This document shows positions 51,386-61,449 of a stretch of DNA of 64,000 nt, piece by piece. The stretch is from positions 30,143-94,142 of the forward strand of contig MFNE01000046.1 of the NCBI GenBank assembly GCA_001783695.1, in the 5' to 3' direction. Source of the stretch: Candidatus Lambdaproteobacteria bacterium RIFOXYD2_FULL_50_16 (GTDB lineage: Bacteria; SAR324; XYD2-FULL-50-16). Within the stretch, counting starts at the first letter, position 1; every line of letters starts with the position of its first letter. A program made the position numbers and the translations under genes. A model generated the notes under the pieces. That model searched no databases, was not told the DNA's origin, and saw only the letters and a list, made by a program, of their open reading frames with translations.

Positions 51386-52443
51386 ATTTGGACCCTTTGG
51401 GACCTCGCCGAGGCTCCACCAGCACCGCTTCCAAAGCGCCCGGCCAAAGCTTGCCCGCAGCCGCGGCAATAGCCTTGTGGGCTAAGTCGGTAGGCCTCAA
51501 TCTGGTACCAATCCCGCTGAATTAAAAGCTCTCCGCAGTGGGCACAAAGGGTCCTGCCCCCTTCGGGGTCATGAACATTGCCTGTGTAAACATGACTTAG
51601 ACCCGCCTCCACCGCAATCTGGCGCAGGTGTTTTAAGGTGGCTAAACTGGTTTTGGGGTGGTGCTTCATTTCAAAATCTGGGTGGAACGCAGAGAGATGT
51701 AGCGGTGTATGGGGCCCCATCTTTTGAGCGATCCAGCTGGCCATGGCCTGCATCTCCTCAGGCCGATCGTTTTCCCCTTCGATCACTAAATTAGTCACTT
51801 CTACCCAACACTTAGTCTCGTTAGCCAAATATTCCAGAGTCTCTAATACAGGGGCTAGATGTCCCTGGCAAAGGTGGCGATAAAAGGATTCGTTAAAGGC
51901 CTTTAGATCGACGTTAGCCGCATCCACCCACCGGTACAAATCGGCGCGGGGGGCTTTGTTGATATAACCCGCAGTCACCAAAACTACTTTAATCCCGGCC
52001 TCCTTGCAGGCTTGGGCGACCTCTATGGCAAACTCAATAAAGATAGTGGGGTCATTGTAGGTCAGGGCAACCGAATGAGCCCCTATGGCTTTAGCCGCTT
52101 GGGCAATTCGTTGAGGACTAGCCTCCTTGGCCAGGTTATCCCAATTATCCTTTTTACTAATCCCCCAATTTTGGCAAAATCGGCAGCCCAAATTGCAGCC
52201 GATGGTCCCAAAGCTAAGCACCGAACTGCCAGGGTAAAAGTGGTGGAGTGGCTTTTTTTCGATGGGGTCTAGTTGGAAACCGGATGCAAGACCAAAACTG
52301 TTTAAAAAAAGTTCACCCCCAAGGTTTTCGCGATTTTGGCAAAAGCCCGTTTCTCCTGGTTTGATTTTGCAACTGCGAGGGCAGAGTTGGCAGCGGAGCA
52401 ACCCCATCTCTAGGGGTTGCCAATATTTGCCTGGATAAAACAT
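51382..52443 (-). CDS. Radical SAM enzyme, AmmeMemoRadiSam-system type
   Basis: 353 aa. CQLCPRSCKI...FC N-terminal Cys motif, GCNLGCRFCQNW radical-SAM cluster, and a C-terminal CAHCGE...CRGCGQ motif. Confidence 0.7.
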   Translation of the reverse strand: MFYPGKYWQPLEMGLLRCQLCPRSCKIKPGETGFCQNRENLGGELFLNSFGLASGFQLDPIEKKPLHHFYPGSSVLSFGTIGCNLGCRFCQNWGISKKDNWDNLAKEASPQRIAQAAKAIGAHSVALTYNDPTIFIEFAIEVAQACKEAGIKVVLVTAGYINKAPRADLYRWVDAANVDLKAFNESFYRHLCQGHLAPVLETLEYLANETKCWVEVTNLVIEGENDRPEEMQAMASWIAQKMGPHTPLHLSAFHPDFEMKHHPKTSLATLKHLRQIAVEAGLSHVYTGNVHDPEGGRTLCAHCGELLIQRDWYQIEAYRLSPQGYCRGCGQALAGRFGSGAGGASARSQRVQI

Positions 52444-52461
52444 TACACCCCCACGGAGGGT

Positions 52462-53517
52462 TTAGATCACTTCGATTCCTGGCTTTCCCTTATTAAAATT
52501 GCCAATCACACAGGCCGCGTCATTGCCTGCTTGTTGCAGTGCCTTAACCAGCGCTACTGCTTGGGCAGACGGCAAGGCCAGGAGTAAGCCCCCAGAGGTT
52601 TGGGGGTCAAACAACAATTCTTCCTGGGCCCCAGTCAGTGGATGATGCAGCTTCAGAAACGGCGAGGCCATTAACCGATTGTCTTTGTTGCTTCGGGTGG
52701 TTAACCCTTTTTGGTACATCTCTAAAGCCCCACCAAAAAAAGGAAGCCGGTGGTATTCGAGCTGTAAATTTAATCCCGCCCCTTTGGCCATCTCTAACCC
52801 ATGGCCCAAGAGCCCAAAGCCGGTCACATCCGTGGCGGCGTGAATCTCGAAGGTTTGAGCCACTCTTTTGGCAGATTGATTAAGCCGGGTCAGGCTAGGG
52901 ATCACTTCTTCAGCCAGGGCAGACGCGCTGAACTTGTCGGCGCGTGTGGCGTTGAGTAATACCCCAGAGCCTAATTTTTTAGTTAGTACCAGCGCGTCCC
53001 CAACCTGAGCGGTGGAGTTTCGCCAAATTTGGTGGGGGTCCACCGTACCACAGACCGAAAGTCCATATTTAGGCTCTTCGTCCTCGATCGAATGGCCCCC
53101 TAAAAGCACCGCCCCAGCCTCAACAATCTTGTCCGACCCACCTTGCAGGATGTCTTTTAATACGGACAGGCCTAGTTTTTTGGCAGGAAACATTACCAGG
53201 TTTAGGGCGGTCAAGGGCTCGCCTCCCATGGCGTAAACATCTGAAAGACTATTGGCCGCCGCGATCTGGCCAAATTGGTAGGGGTCATCGACCGCCGGGG
53301 TGATAAAGTCCACCGTGGCCACCAAACCCAGGCCCCCTTCCATTAGATATACCCCGGCGTCGTCGGAAGTTTCGGTTCCGACCAATAGCTGAGGATGTTT
53401 GGGCAAACCCAGCGCCGCCAACGTCTCCGACAGACCTGTCGGACCTAGCTTAGCGGCTCAACCGCAGGTGCTAGCCAGATGGGTCAGGCGAATTTTTTTA
53501 GCAAAGGGCAGTTTCAT
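52462..53517 (-). CDS. selD: Selenophosphate synthetase SelD, selenocysteine-containing (in-frame TGA at 53460..53458)
   Basis: The track ORF starts at 53421 (a TTG), giving LLVGTETSDDAGVY...TVDFITPAVDDPYQFGQIAAANSLSDVYAMGG. Reading through one TGA upstream gives MKLPFAKKIRLTHLASTCG-U-AAKLGP. That matches the SelD N-terminal G-C/U-G motif, with the ATG at 53517. Confidence 0.8.
53423..53444 (-). promoter_or_regulatory. Putative SECIS hairpin downstream of the selD UGA
   Basis: mRNA sense GUCCGACA-GGUC-UGUCGG(AG)AC, an 8-bp stem with a bulge, starting ~13 nt after the UGA. Confidence 0.5.
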
Positions 53518-53629
53518 TGGGCTCCAATAGGTTCAGGCCCAGCCTAACATGAGGAACAAAAGTGGGCAATGCCGCTCTTGGCTTTGTGGGCTGGGTGGGG
53601 TAAGCTTAACCGCAAACTTGGGAGACTAG

Positions 53630-54571
53630 ATGAATCAAGATTTGGGTTTTGGAATTACCTTACTCGAACTTTCGGACCGGTCTGGGAAATATCCGATTTC
53701 TGGGTATCTGTTGCAGGCAGGTGGAAAAAACTACGTCATCGAGACCGGGCCAGCTGGGTCAAATGGAGTGATCCTAGACGCTTTGGTGGACGCTGGTTTA
53801 GGGGTGTTTGACTTAGATGGAATCTTAGTCACCCATATTCACTTGGATCATTCAGGCGGGGTGGGTCTCTTGGCCGAGCAGTGCCCCAAAGCGAAGATAT
53901 ATGTCCATCCCAAGGGCGCGGCGCATTTGATTGATCCTAGTAAACTCGAAAAAAGCGCCAGAGCGGTTTATGGGGATCTGTTCGAGCCATTGTTTGCCCC
54001 GATCCGCCCAGTCGCACCAGAGCGCGTGGTGCTGGTCGAAGAAGGGTTTACTTTGGAGGTTTCCCCAGGGCGGCGACTGGAATTTATTAATGCTCCAGGC
54101 CATGCGTTTCACCACTATGTGATCTGGGACCCTTTGAGTGAGGGATTTTTCACCGGGGATGCGGCCGGAATGTTTTACCCAAAGGCCCTAGAGACATACG
54201 AGGTGCCCCTCTGCCTCCCTGCCAGCACTCCGGTGCAGTTTGACCCAAAAGCCATGGCGGAGACCTTAACCCGGCTCGCCTCTTTTCATCCTAAAAGGCT
54301 ATATTACACTCATTTTGGGATGACCGAACAAGCAGGGGCGATGTTGACCCAGATGTTGGGTTGGATGCCCTTGTATGGGCAGGACGCACCCGAGCATTTC
54401 CGCAAATATCGAGACCTTGACGCGCTAGCCCAGTTCCTTTACCAAGAGATAGGCACGAAAGCGCAAGCCTTGGGCCTGCCCAACCTGCGTGGTCTCGCCG
54501 GTCTCAAATTCGACTGTGGACTCAACGCCCAAGGTATCGCCGCCCACGTCGAGTTTAGCGAGCGGGTTTGA
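53630..54571 (+). CDS. MBL-fold metallo-hydrolase
   Basis: 313 aa. THIHLDHSGG metal-binding motif. Confidence 0.8.
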   Translation: MNQDLGFGITLLELSDRSGKYPISGYLLQAGGKNYVIETGPAGSNGVILDALVDAGLGVFDLDGILVTHIHLDHSGGVGLLAEQCPKAKIYVHPKGAAHLIDPSKLEKSARAVYGDLFEPLFAPIRPVAPERVVLVEEGFTLEVSPGRRLEFINAPGHAFHHYVIWDPLSEGFFTGDAAGMFYPKALETYEVPLCLPASTPVQFDPKAMAETLTRLASFHPKRLYYTHFGMTEQAGAMLTQMLGWMPLYGQDAPEHFRKYRDLDALAQFLYQEIGTKAQALGLPNLRGLAGLKFDCGLNAQGIAAHVEFSERV

Positions 54572-54755
54572 CTCTGGCGACCAGAGCCATGATTCAGTAG
54601 AGGGCCTTGCCCTGGCTGGATCGCTCCCGTTTATTGCAAGACTTTAGTGGTTATCTCGGATGCCCCGTTTGGGGAGGCTAACCCTGCAAAATTGCTGGCA
54701 AAAGCGTGTGGATGTAGCTAACAACGGGTGGGACGATTCCTGCCATGCATAGGTC

Positions 54756-55679
54756 TTGATGAATAGAACACAACTTATCCGAGGACTGCTTGATTCAATT
54801 TTGATTGGCTTGGTGGCCTTTTCATGTCTCTTGTCTTTTTTCCCTACGGCAGTTCGGGTATCATTGAATTTGGATGCAAACCCAGAGGTAGGCCGCTTTG
54901 CCCCGGTCGGAGCCCAAGTGCAACTTTCTCACACAAAACCCTCCAAGGGCACCGAACCCCTTTTTGTGGACTCCTTAAGTAACTTGGGGATTAACGGCTC
55001 CTTTAGTGTGAGTTTCTGGGTGAACCCTGCGCAATCGCAAAAAGCCGAAAAACCCTACTTGCTGAATCTGCTTTGGATCGGAAATCCCGACGAAGAGGCC
55101 CGGCCCTTAGCTTCCCTTTGGGTAAATGCGATTACCAATAATTTCCATATTTCTAGCGCCAATGGATCCTTCGAAACCGAGCCTTTCAGTTTTCAAACAG
55201 ATCAGCCCAGCCGCCTAACCCTGACCTACGACCAAAATAGTGGTTCAATGAGGTGGTATTGGAATAAAAGGAGTTTGGAATACACCCAGGTTCCTTGGAT
55301 CCAAAGCCATTTTTTCCCCTCGAACTCTGCGGGTAACCTGCAAATTCGGCTTGCCGGGGGACTGGCACCTCAGACTCAAATGCACGGGCAATACCGGTTA
55401 ACGGTTTGGCCCAAAATGTTAACCGAGGCAGAGGTAGCACAGGTCCACCAAACGACCAGCTTTAAATGGCATGAATATCTCGATGACCCCAAATGGGAAC
55501 CGCGTCGTCACCTATTTCGGTTGATTTCTGGGTCCCTGTTGGTGGTTAGCCTCTTATTATTGAGTTACCGACGGGGCTGGATCAATTATAAGAAGGTAGC
55601 TCAAGAGATGCGTGATATCGAGCGGCTCACCTTACTGATTCTGGCCATTATGTTTCTCTTAATGTGGTTGAGGGATTAG
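54756..55679 (+). CDS. Membrane-anchored protein with a LamG/concanavalin-like jelly-roll domain
   Basis: 307 aa with N- and C-terminal TM helices. SFSVSFWVNPAQSQ...LWIGNPDE is typical of Laminin_G_3-type domains. Confidence 0.45.
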   Translation: MMNRTQLIRGLLDSILIGLVAFSCLLSFFPTAVRVSLNLDANPEVGRFAPVGAQVQLSHTKPSKGTEPLFVDSLSNLGINGSFSVSFWVNPAQSQKAEKPYLLNLLWIGNPDEEARPLASLWVNAITNNFHISSANGSFETEPFSFQTDQPSRLTLTYDQNSGSMRWYWNKRSLEYTQVPWIQSHFFPSNSAGNLQIRLAGGLAPQTQMHGQYRLTVWPKMLTEAEVAQVHQTTSFKWHEYLDDPKWEPRRHLFRLISGSLLVVSLLLLSYRRGWINYKKVAQEMRDIERLTLLILAIMFLLMWLRD

Positions 55680-57700
55680 TGGACAAGTTTAAAGCAAGAT
55701 TAGACTATTTTTTAGCAAATCCCTTCTTGGTAGGTTGCCTGCTTTGGGGGGTGCTTTTTGTTTGGTGGAGCCATTTTCGCTTAGGCATGCTGTTTCTCAG
55801 AGGCGAGACCGGTGAAGACCTTTTGCGGTATGCCTATAGTCTAGAACGAATGTCTCGGGGCAGTCTGCCTCTTTGGAATCCATGGGTTGATGGAGGGCAA
55901 CCCTATACAATTTGGCTGCTTTTAACCGAATTTCCCTCGCCTTTGGATGGGTTGTTGGCGTTGGTCTTGGGGCTATTTTCAGGACTTAATCCTGTGCAGG
56001 CTACTGGGTTAGTATTGGTTACTTACGCCGCCCTTTTTTGGCTGTTTTGTTACCGAATCTCGCTGTTTTTGGGAGCCTATTTGTTCGGGGTCCACTCTGG
56101 GCATTTTCGCAAGTTAGCATTATTTACCAGTCTGGCTCAAGTAACCGCCGTCTTCCGCTTTGGCGGAATGGGGACCAATGTTGTTTATCTGCAAATTTTT
56201 TTTCTAATCCCGCCAGCTTTGTACTATTTTTTGCGGTTTACTTCTCGCGAAGGCCAGCCGAGGGATCTGGTCTGGTTTATGGTGATTTTTGGCTTGCTGC
56301 CCTATACAGCCGGCAGTTATATAATCCCGATTGCATTGTTTATTTTGACGATTGGTTTGTTGAGCTTGCCGGTTTTGGTCAGGCGATACCAAGAAAACCG
56401 CAAAAGATTAAGGGAATTGTGGCCTCTTTTGGGAGTGCCAATTTTTTTGGGCCCTGCGGCCAGTGTTTATAGTGCTGAATTCCCCCGTATCTGGCGGGCG
56501 GGCCGAGACATGGTCAATCCCACCTTCGAAGCCTTGGTTTACGGACAATCAGCGCCGACGGTTTCGTTGTTTATGCGCTTGTTTAGGGGAAGCATAGACA
56601 ATCCCTGCACTTGGTTGCTTTTATTGATCCCCTTTGGTTTTTTGGTTCTTTTTAGAAAAGAAATACTCCAGCGACATTTGGGGCTGTGGGGGACTTTTTG
56701 GGCGCTTTCCACGGTCTGTTTAGGGGCTTATTCGCCCTTTTACCGGGTTTATTACGATTGGCTTTTCCCCTTTTTGCAGCAGGTTAGGTACACCGATATT
56801 TATTTCGACCTAACCGCTTTTCTGGTCCTCCAATTGGCGGCAACGGGGATCTGGCTTTTTTGGCAGCGCCCTTTTTGGAGTGATCTAGTTATTGGAGCGG
56901 GGGCGATTTATTTAACCATGGATCAGTTCGAAATGTTAGGGTTAAATTTTGAGCAGGCAGTTGGACTGTCGGGGCTTGGAATAACGATGTTGGTGGCCCG
57001 CCGCGCGGGTGGATATAGGGCCGGTTTATCGCTCGGGACTGCGGGCCTTTTGGCGCTGGGAGCAGGGGGGCAGATCTGGCCTACCCAGACGAATTTTATT
57101 GGGTTTTACTTCAGTCGGGATCAAGAACATTTCTTCGGCGAATCGGTCGATCCCCCGAAATCTCGGGTTAATCGAGTAAAGCTGGACCGCGAAAAGTGGG
57201 GTGCCGGGTTTCCGATATGGTACCATGAAGTGATATACGATCCTGGTTCAAATTTCTTGCGGATCAATGATACCCAAAGTTTGGATCAAACACTGAATCC
57301 AGCCTCACGGGAACAGGTTTTTGCCTTAGGACAGCCTTGGCTAAAACTAAGTGACACCGTTTCTGTTGATTTAATTCAAACGGGCGCCCAAGAGGAACCC
57401 AACTTGGGAGAAATTAAAATCCTTAGCTACGAGCCAGAATCTTTGAAATTGCTGGTCACTTCGGATTCTGCGCGGTTTTTGCGCTGGGCCGATGCCTTTC
57501 ACCCCGATTGGCAAGCTACCTTAAACGGGAAACCAGCGCCTATACTCCGCTCCAATCAGATATTTAAGGCAATTCAAGTCCCTCAAGGCAAGAGTGAAAT
57601 AACCTTTGAGTTTAAACCTATGTTTGCTAATTGGTATCGATTGGCGGTTTTGACTTGGGCGGGGATGCTGGTTATTGGGATTCGCTCAAAACGGCGTTGA
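55664..57700 (+). CDS. YfhO-like polytopic membrane protein (putative GT-C glycosyltransferase)
   Basis: 678 aa with >10 TM helices. The C-terminal soluble region ends FHPDWQATLNGKPAPILRSNQIFKAIQVPQGKSEITFEFKP, like the YfhO-family C-terminus. Overlaps the previous gene by 16 nt. Confidence 0.45.
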   Translation: MVEGLVDKFKARLDYFLANPFLVGCLLWGVLFVWWSHFRLGMLFLRGETGEDLLRYAYSLERMSRGSLPLWNPWVDGGQPYTIWLLLTEFPSPLDGLLALVLGLFSGLNPVQATGLVLVTYAALFWLFCYRISLFLGAYLFGVHSGHFRKLALFTSLAQVTAVFRFGGMGTNVVYLQIFFLIPPALYYFLRFTSREGQPRDLVWFMVIFGLLPYTAGSYIIPIALFILTIGLLSLPVLVRRYQENRKRLRELWPLLGVPIFLGPAASVYSAEFPRIWRAGRDMVNPTFEALVYGQSAPTVSLFMRLFRGSIDNPCTWLLLLIPFGFLVLFRKEILQRHLGLWGTFWALSTVCLGAYSPFYRVYYDWLFPFLQQVRYTDIYFDLTAFLVLQLAATGIWLFWQRPFWSDLVIGAGAIYLTMDQFEMLGLNFEQAVGLSGLGITMLVARRAGGYRAGLSLGTAGLLALGAGGQIWPTQTNFIGFYFSRDQEHFFGESVDPPKSRVNRVKLDREKWGAGFPIWYHEVIYDPGSNFLRINDTQSLDQTLNPASREQVFALGQPWLKLSDTVSVDLIQTGAQEEPNLGEIKILSYEPESLKLLVTSDSARFLRWADAFHPDWQATLNGKPAPILRSNQIFKAIQVPQGKSEITFEFKPMFANWYRLAVLTWAGMLVIGIRSKRR

Positions 57701-57734
57701 GCTTCAGCGCGGCGCTCTCCCTAGGTTCCACCCG

Positions 57735-58541
57735 CTACTCCCGCCCCAGCTCCTCGGCGCGTTCTTTGGCCTTGGTGAAAGCCTGGATCATTTGCTCTAA
57801 AACCCCGGCTTGGTTAAGGTGGTTTAAGGCCGCCTCGGTGGTACCGCCTTTGGAGGTGACCTTAACCCTCAGGTCAGCCGCTTCTTCATCGGTGCTAGCC
57901 AACAGTAAAGAGGCACCCACTAAAGTTTGAGAAACCAGGGTGCGGGCGTTGTTGCGGCTAAACCCGAAGCGCACTGCCGCCTCGGCCATGGCTTCGGCCA
58001 GATAAAATAAATAGGCCGGGCCTGATCCAGAGATGGCCGTGGCTGCATCAATCATCTGTTCTGATTCCACCTCTATTGCCTGTCCCAGGCCACTTAAAAT
58101 CACCTGGGCCACCCCTAAGCGTCCAGGGGTGACCTTTGTGTTGCCACAAAAGGCGGTCATCCCTTGGCCGATGGCGCTAGGGGTGTTGGGCATGGCGCGA
58201 ACAATCATCCGGTTTGGAAAAAAGGACTCCATCTTGGCTAGCGTAATCCCGGCCATAATCGAAATCACTAGGCTGTCCCCATTCAGCATGGGTGCGAGAC
58301 CTCCCATTACCTGAACTGCGTCTTGCGGTTTGACCGCCAAAACCACAAGTTCTAAAGGGGCTTGGACCTCGTTTAACTCTCGATGGAACTTGACCCCTTT
58401 GCCTTCGAGTTCCAGGGTTTGCTTCGTGTCGCGGCGTTCAAGAATCTCTAAACTTTCACGCGAAAAGATCTCTTTTTCTAAAAGAGCGGTGGCAATCGCG
58501 GAACCCATGTTGCCACAACCGACAATTAACGCCCTTTTCAT
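57735..58541 (-). CDS. proC: Pyrroline-5-carboxylate reductase
   Basis: 268 aa. LIVGCGNMGSAI Rossmann motif and ProC C-terminal domain. Confidence 0.9.
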   Translation of the reverse strand: MKRALIVGCGNMGSAIATALLEKEIFSRESLEILERRDTKQTLELEGKGVKFHRELNEVQAPLELVVLAVKPQDAVQVMGGLAPMLNGDSLVISIMAGITLAKMESFFPNRMIVRAMPNTPSAIGQGMTAFCGNTKVTPGRLGVAQVILSGLGQAIEVESEQMIDAATAISGSGPAYLFYLAEAMAEAAVRFGFSRNNARTLVSQTLVGASLLLASTDEEAADLRVKVTSKGGTTEAALNHLNQAGVLEQMIQAFTKAKERAEELGRE

Positions 58542-59620
58542 CCTTTCGTCCGCTCAAATTCTTTCATAAAATCAGCCAATGCCTGCACCCCGGCTAAGGG
58601 CATGGCATTATAAATCGACGCCCGCGCCCCACCCACTAAACGGTGACCCTTGAGGGCGTAAAGCCCTTGCTTTTGGGCTTGCGCTACAAAATCAGCCAAC
58701 AGGTCTTCTTGGGCCAGATTAAAACAAACGTTCATCAAACTCCGGTGCTCCTTGTGAGCGACTGGGCGGTAAAACTGGCTTTGGTCCAAGCAATCGTATA
58801 GCACCGCCGCTTTTTGGGAATTGATCTTAGAAATCGCCTCAACACCCCCTTCCCCTTCGAGCCATTTAAGCACTAGATTAATCATCCAGATGGCAAAGGT
58901 GTTGGCCGTGTTGGCCATGCTATGGTTGTCCCGGTAAACCGCAAAATCTAGGAGTTTGGGGCAATCCTTGGGAGCGTGACCGATAAGGTCTTTGCGGACA
59001 AACACCATCGCAATCCCTGAAGGCCCCAGATTTTTTTGAGCCCCTGCGTAAACCAGACCGGTCTTTGAATAATCAATCGGCCTCGATAAAATCTCAGAGG
59101 TCATATCTACCACTAAGGGCACTTCACCGGTCTTTGGGAACTCTTTGTACTGGGTGCCAAAGAGGGTGTTGTTACTGGTGATATGCAGAAAACTAGCCTC
59201 TGGATCGACTGGAATAATTTTAGGAATTTCGGCAAACCCATTGGCCGCGCTGCTGGCGGCCAGTTCGATCCGCCCAAACTTCGCGGCCTCGGTGGCGGCG
59301 ATTTGGGAGAAGTTGCCGGTCTCCACGTACTGGGCCATGCGCTTGGGTTTTCGGCCCATCAGGTTCAGCGGCACTGCCGAAAACAACATTTGCGCGCCCC
59401 CATGGAAGTACAAAATCTCGTAGTTTTCCGGTAGCTTAGCCACTCGGCGGAAGAGTTCGTCCGTCTCCGACAAGAGCGCCTCAAACTGTTTTGAGCGGTG
59501 ACTGACCTCGACGATAGAAACCCCTAACCCGGCAAAATCCAAGAATCCTTCTTGAACCTGTTTCATCACCGGTCTGGGTAACATCGCCGGTCCGGCGCCA
59601 AAATTGTAAACTTCTTTCAT
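58538..59620 (-). CDS. serC: Phosphoserine aminotransferase
   Basis: 360 aa. YNFGAGPAMLP start, class V aminotransferase. Confidence 0.9.
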   Translation of the reverse strand: MKEVYNFGAGPAMLPRPVMKQVQEGFLDFAGLGVSIVEVSHRSKQFEALLSETDELFRRVAKLPENYEILYFHGGAQMLFSAVPLNLMGRKPKRMAQYVETGNFSQIAATEAAKFGRIELAASSAANGFAEIPKIIPVDPEASFLHITSNNTLFGTQYKEFPKTGEVPLVVDMTSEILSRPIDYSKTGLVYAGAQKNLGPSGIAMVFVRKDLIGHAPKDCPKLLDFAVYRDNHSMANTANTFAIWMINLVLKWLEGEGGVEAISKINSQKAAVLYDCLDQSQFYRPVAHKEHRSLMNVCFNLAQEDLLADFVAQAQKQGLYALKGHRLVGGARASIYNAMPLAGVQALADFMKEFERTKG

Positions 59621-59679
59621 AGTTGCTTCTTTGTAAGTGAACCTTAAAACCTAAAAGGGTCAGATGGCTCCGTCAAGGA

Positions 59680-61272
59680 TCAAGCCGGAATATGGTCCGA
59701 GTTGGCAAAAAACTGCATACCTTTAAACTTTTCTTTAGCGTAGTCGAGGTCCCAGGGGCTGTTGCACAAAAAGATTGGCTTTTGGTCCACGTCTATGGCC
59801 ACTTGGCCGACGTAGCGAGACTCAAAATCTTTTTTTACCTTGAGGTCGGTGGCGTGATACCAGCGGGCCAGTTGGTAACCCACGGGCTCAAAAACCCCTT
59901 CGACCCCGTATTCCCCCAGCAGGCGGAACTTGATCACCTCAAATTGCAAAACCCCCACCACCCCTAAGACCAATCCGCCCGATTGCAGCTTAAAGACCTG
60001 GGTTGCACCCTCTTCGGTAAGCTGTTGGAGGCCCTTTTCGAGCTGTTTGGTTTTTAAGGGATTGGCTAGACGGACCCGCATAAAATGTTCAGGTGAGAAG
60101 TGGGGGATACCCGTAAAGTTTAGGGGTTCCCCTTCGGAGAAGGAATCGCCGATTTTAAAAAGCCCGGTGTCATAAAGCCCGATGATCTCCCCTGGCCAAG
60201 CCTCGTCTAATTGTTCCCGGTCTTGGGCTAAAAACCCCATCACCTTGGACAGCTTGATTTGACGCTCTAGCCGCACATGGTTGACCTTCATTCCCTTTTC
60301 GAACTTGCCCGAGCAAACCCGTAAAAAGGCCACCCGGTCTCGGTGGGCCGGGTCCATGTTGGCTTGGATCTTAAAAATAAAGCCAGTCAATTTGGGTTCT
60401 TCAGGTGCGACAAACCGTTCTAAAGCCGGTCTGGGCAGGGGGCCGGGGGCGTAGCGTAGAAAATCGTCTAAAAATTCTTGCACGCCAAAACTGTTCATTG
60501 CCGAGCCAAAAAAGACCGGGGTCTGCAACCCTCCCAAGTAAGACTCGGGGTCAAAAGCACTGCCCGCCCCTTCTAAGAGTTCCATCTCTTCTCGAAACTG
60601 GGCTCCCCAGGTACCTATGGCGTATTTGTCGAGCAGCAGGTCGTCCCATCCCGTAAGTTGGACCTCGTCAAATTCCTTGCGGTCCGCCCCTTCTTTAAAA
60701 ATACGTAGTTTTTTGGTCTGCCGGTGATAGACCCCAGCAAATTCAGAGCCCATACCTACCGGCCAAGTGATAGGGCTAGTTTGAATCCCCAGGACCTCCT
60801 CGATTTCGTCTAACAGCTCAAAGGGACTTCGGCACTGGCGGTCGAATTTGTTGATAAAGGTCATCACCGGCGTGTTGCGCATCCGGCAGACCTCTAAGAG
60901 CTTTTTAGTCTGGGCTTCCACCCCTTTGGCCCCGTCAATCAACATCAGCGCCGAATCCACCGCCGTCAACACCCGGTAGGTGTCTTCGGAAAAGTCCTGG
61001 TGACCGGGGGTGTCGAGTAGGGTTATATTAAAACCCTTATATAAAAAGGTCATCACCGAGCTGGTGACCGAAATACCCCGTTGTTTCTCGATCTCCATCC
61101 AGTCGCTGGTGGCGTAGCGCCCCGATTTACGAGACTTCACCGTCCCCGCCATCTGAATCGCCCCACCGAACAAGAGTAGTTTTTCGGTAATAGTGGTCTT
61201 GCCCGCGTCGGGGTGCGAGATAATAGCGAAGGTCCGCTGGCGGGCTATTCGTTGTTCGATTTCAGGGGGCAT
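59680..61272 (-). CDS. prfC: Peptide chain release factor 3
   Basis: 530 aa. RTFAIISHPDAGKTTITEKLL and DTPGHQDF GTPase motifs. Confidence 0.92.
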   Translation of the reverse strand: MPPEIEQRIARQRTFAIISHPDAGKTTITEKLLLFGGAIQMAGTVKSRKSGRYATSDWMEIEKQRGISVTSSVMTFLYKGFNITLLDTPGHQDFSEDTYRVLTAVDSALMLIDGAKGVEAQTKKLLEVCRMRNTPVMTFINKFDRQCRSPFELLDEIEEVLGIQTSPITWPVGMGSEFAGVYHRQTKKLRIFKEGADRKEFDEVQLTGWDDLLLDKYAIGTWGAQFREEMELLEGAGSAFDPESYLGGLQTPVFFGSAMNSFGVQEFLDDFLRYAPGPLPRPALERFVAPEEPKLTGFIFKIQANMDPAHRDRVAFLRVCSGKFEKGMKVNHVRLERQIKLSKVMGFLAQDREQLDEAWPGEIIGLYDTGLFKIGDSFSEGEPLNFTGIPHFSPEHFMRVRLANPLKTKQLEKGLQQLTEEGATQVFKLQSGGLVLGVVGVLQFEVIKFRLLGEYGVEGVFEPVGYQLARWYHATDLKVKKDFESRYVGQVAIDVDQKPIFLCNSPWDLDYAKEKFKGMQFFANSDHIPA

Positions 61273-61449
61273 GATGGGCTGGCTAAGGATTAAGCGGTAA
61301 AGCTAGCCGATTGTGGGGGTTTTGGCTAGGGGGGGGGCGGAGGATAAAGCGGGACGGATAAAAGGTTGGCCCTAGCGGGTTTTTGAGGCGTAGTGGCCTT
61401 TTTTTTGCTTGGTACCTGGGGGAACTGGGCTAAGCATCAAAAGGAATCT

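Noticed and set aside
54572-54600. Hairpin ctctgg-cga-ccagag right after the MBL hydrolase stop
   Set aside because: It is a 6-bp stem without a U-tract, too weak to call an intrinsic terminator.
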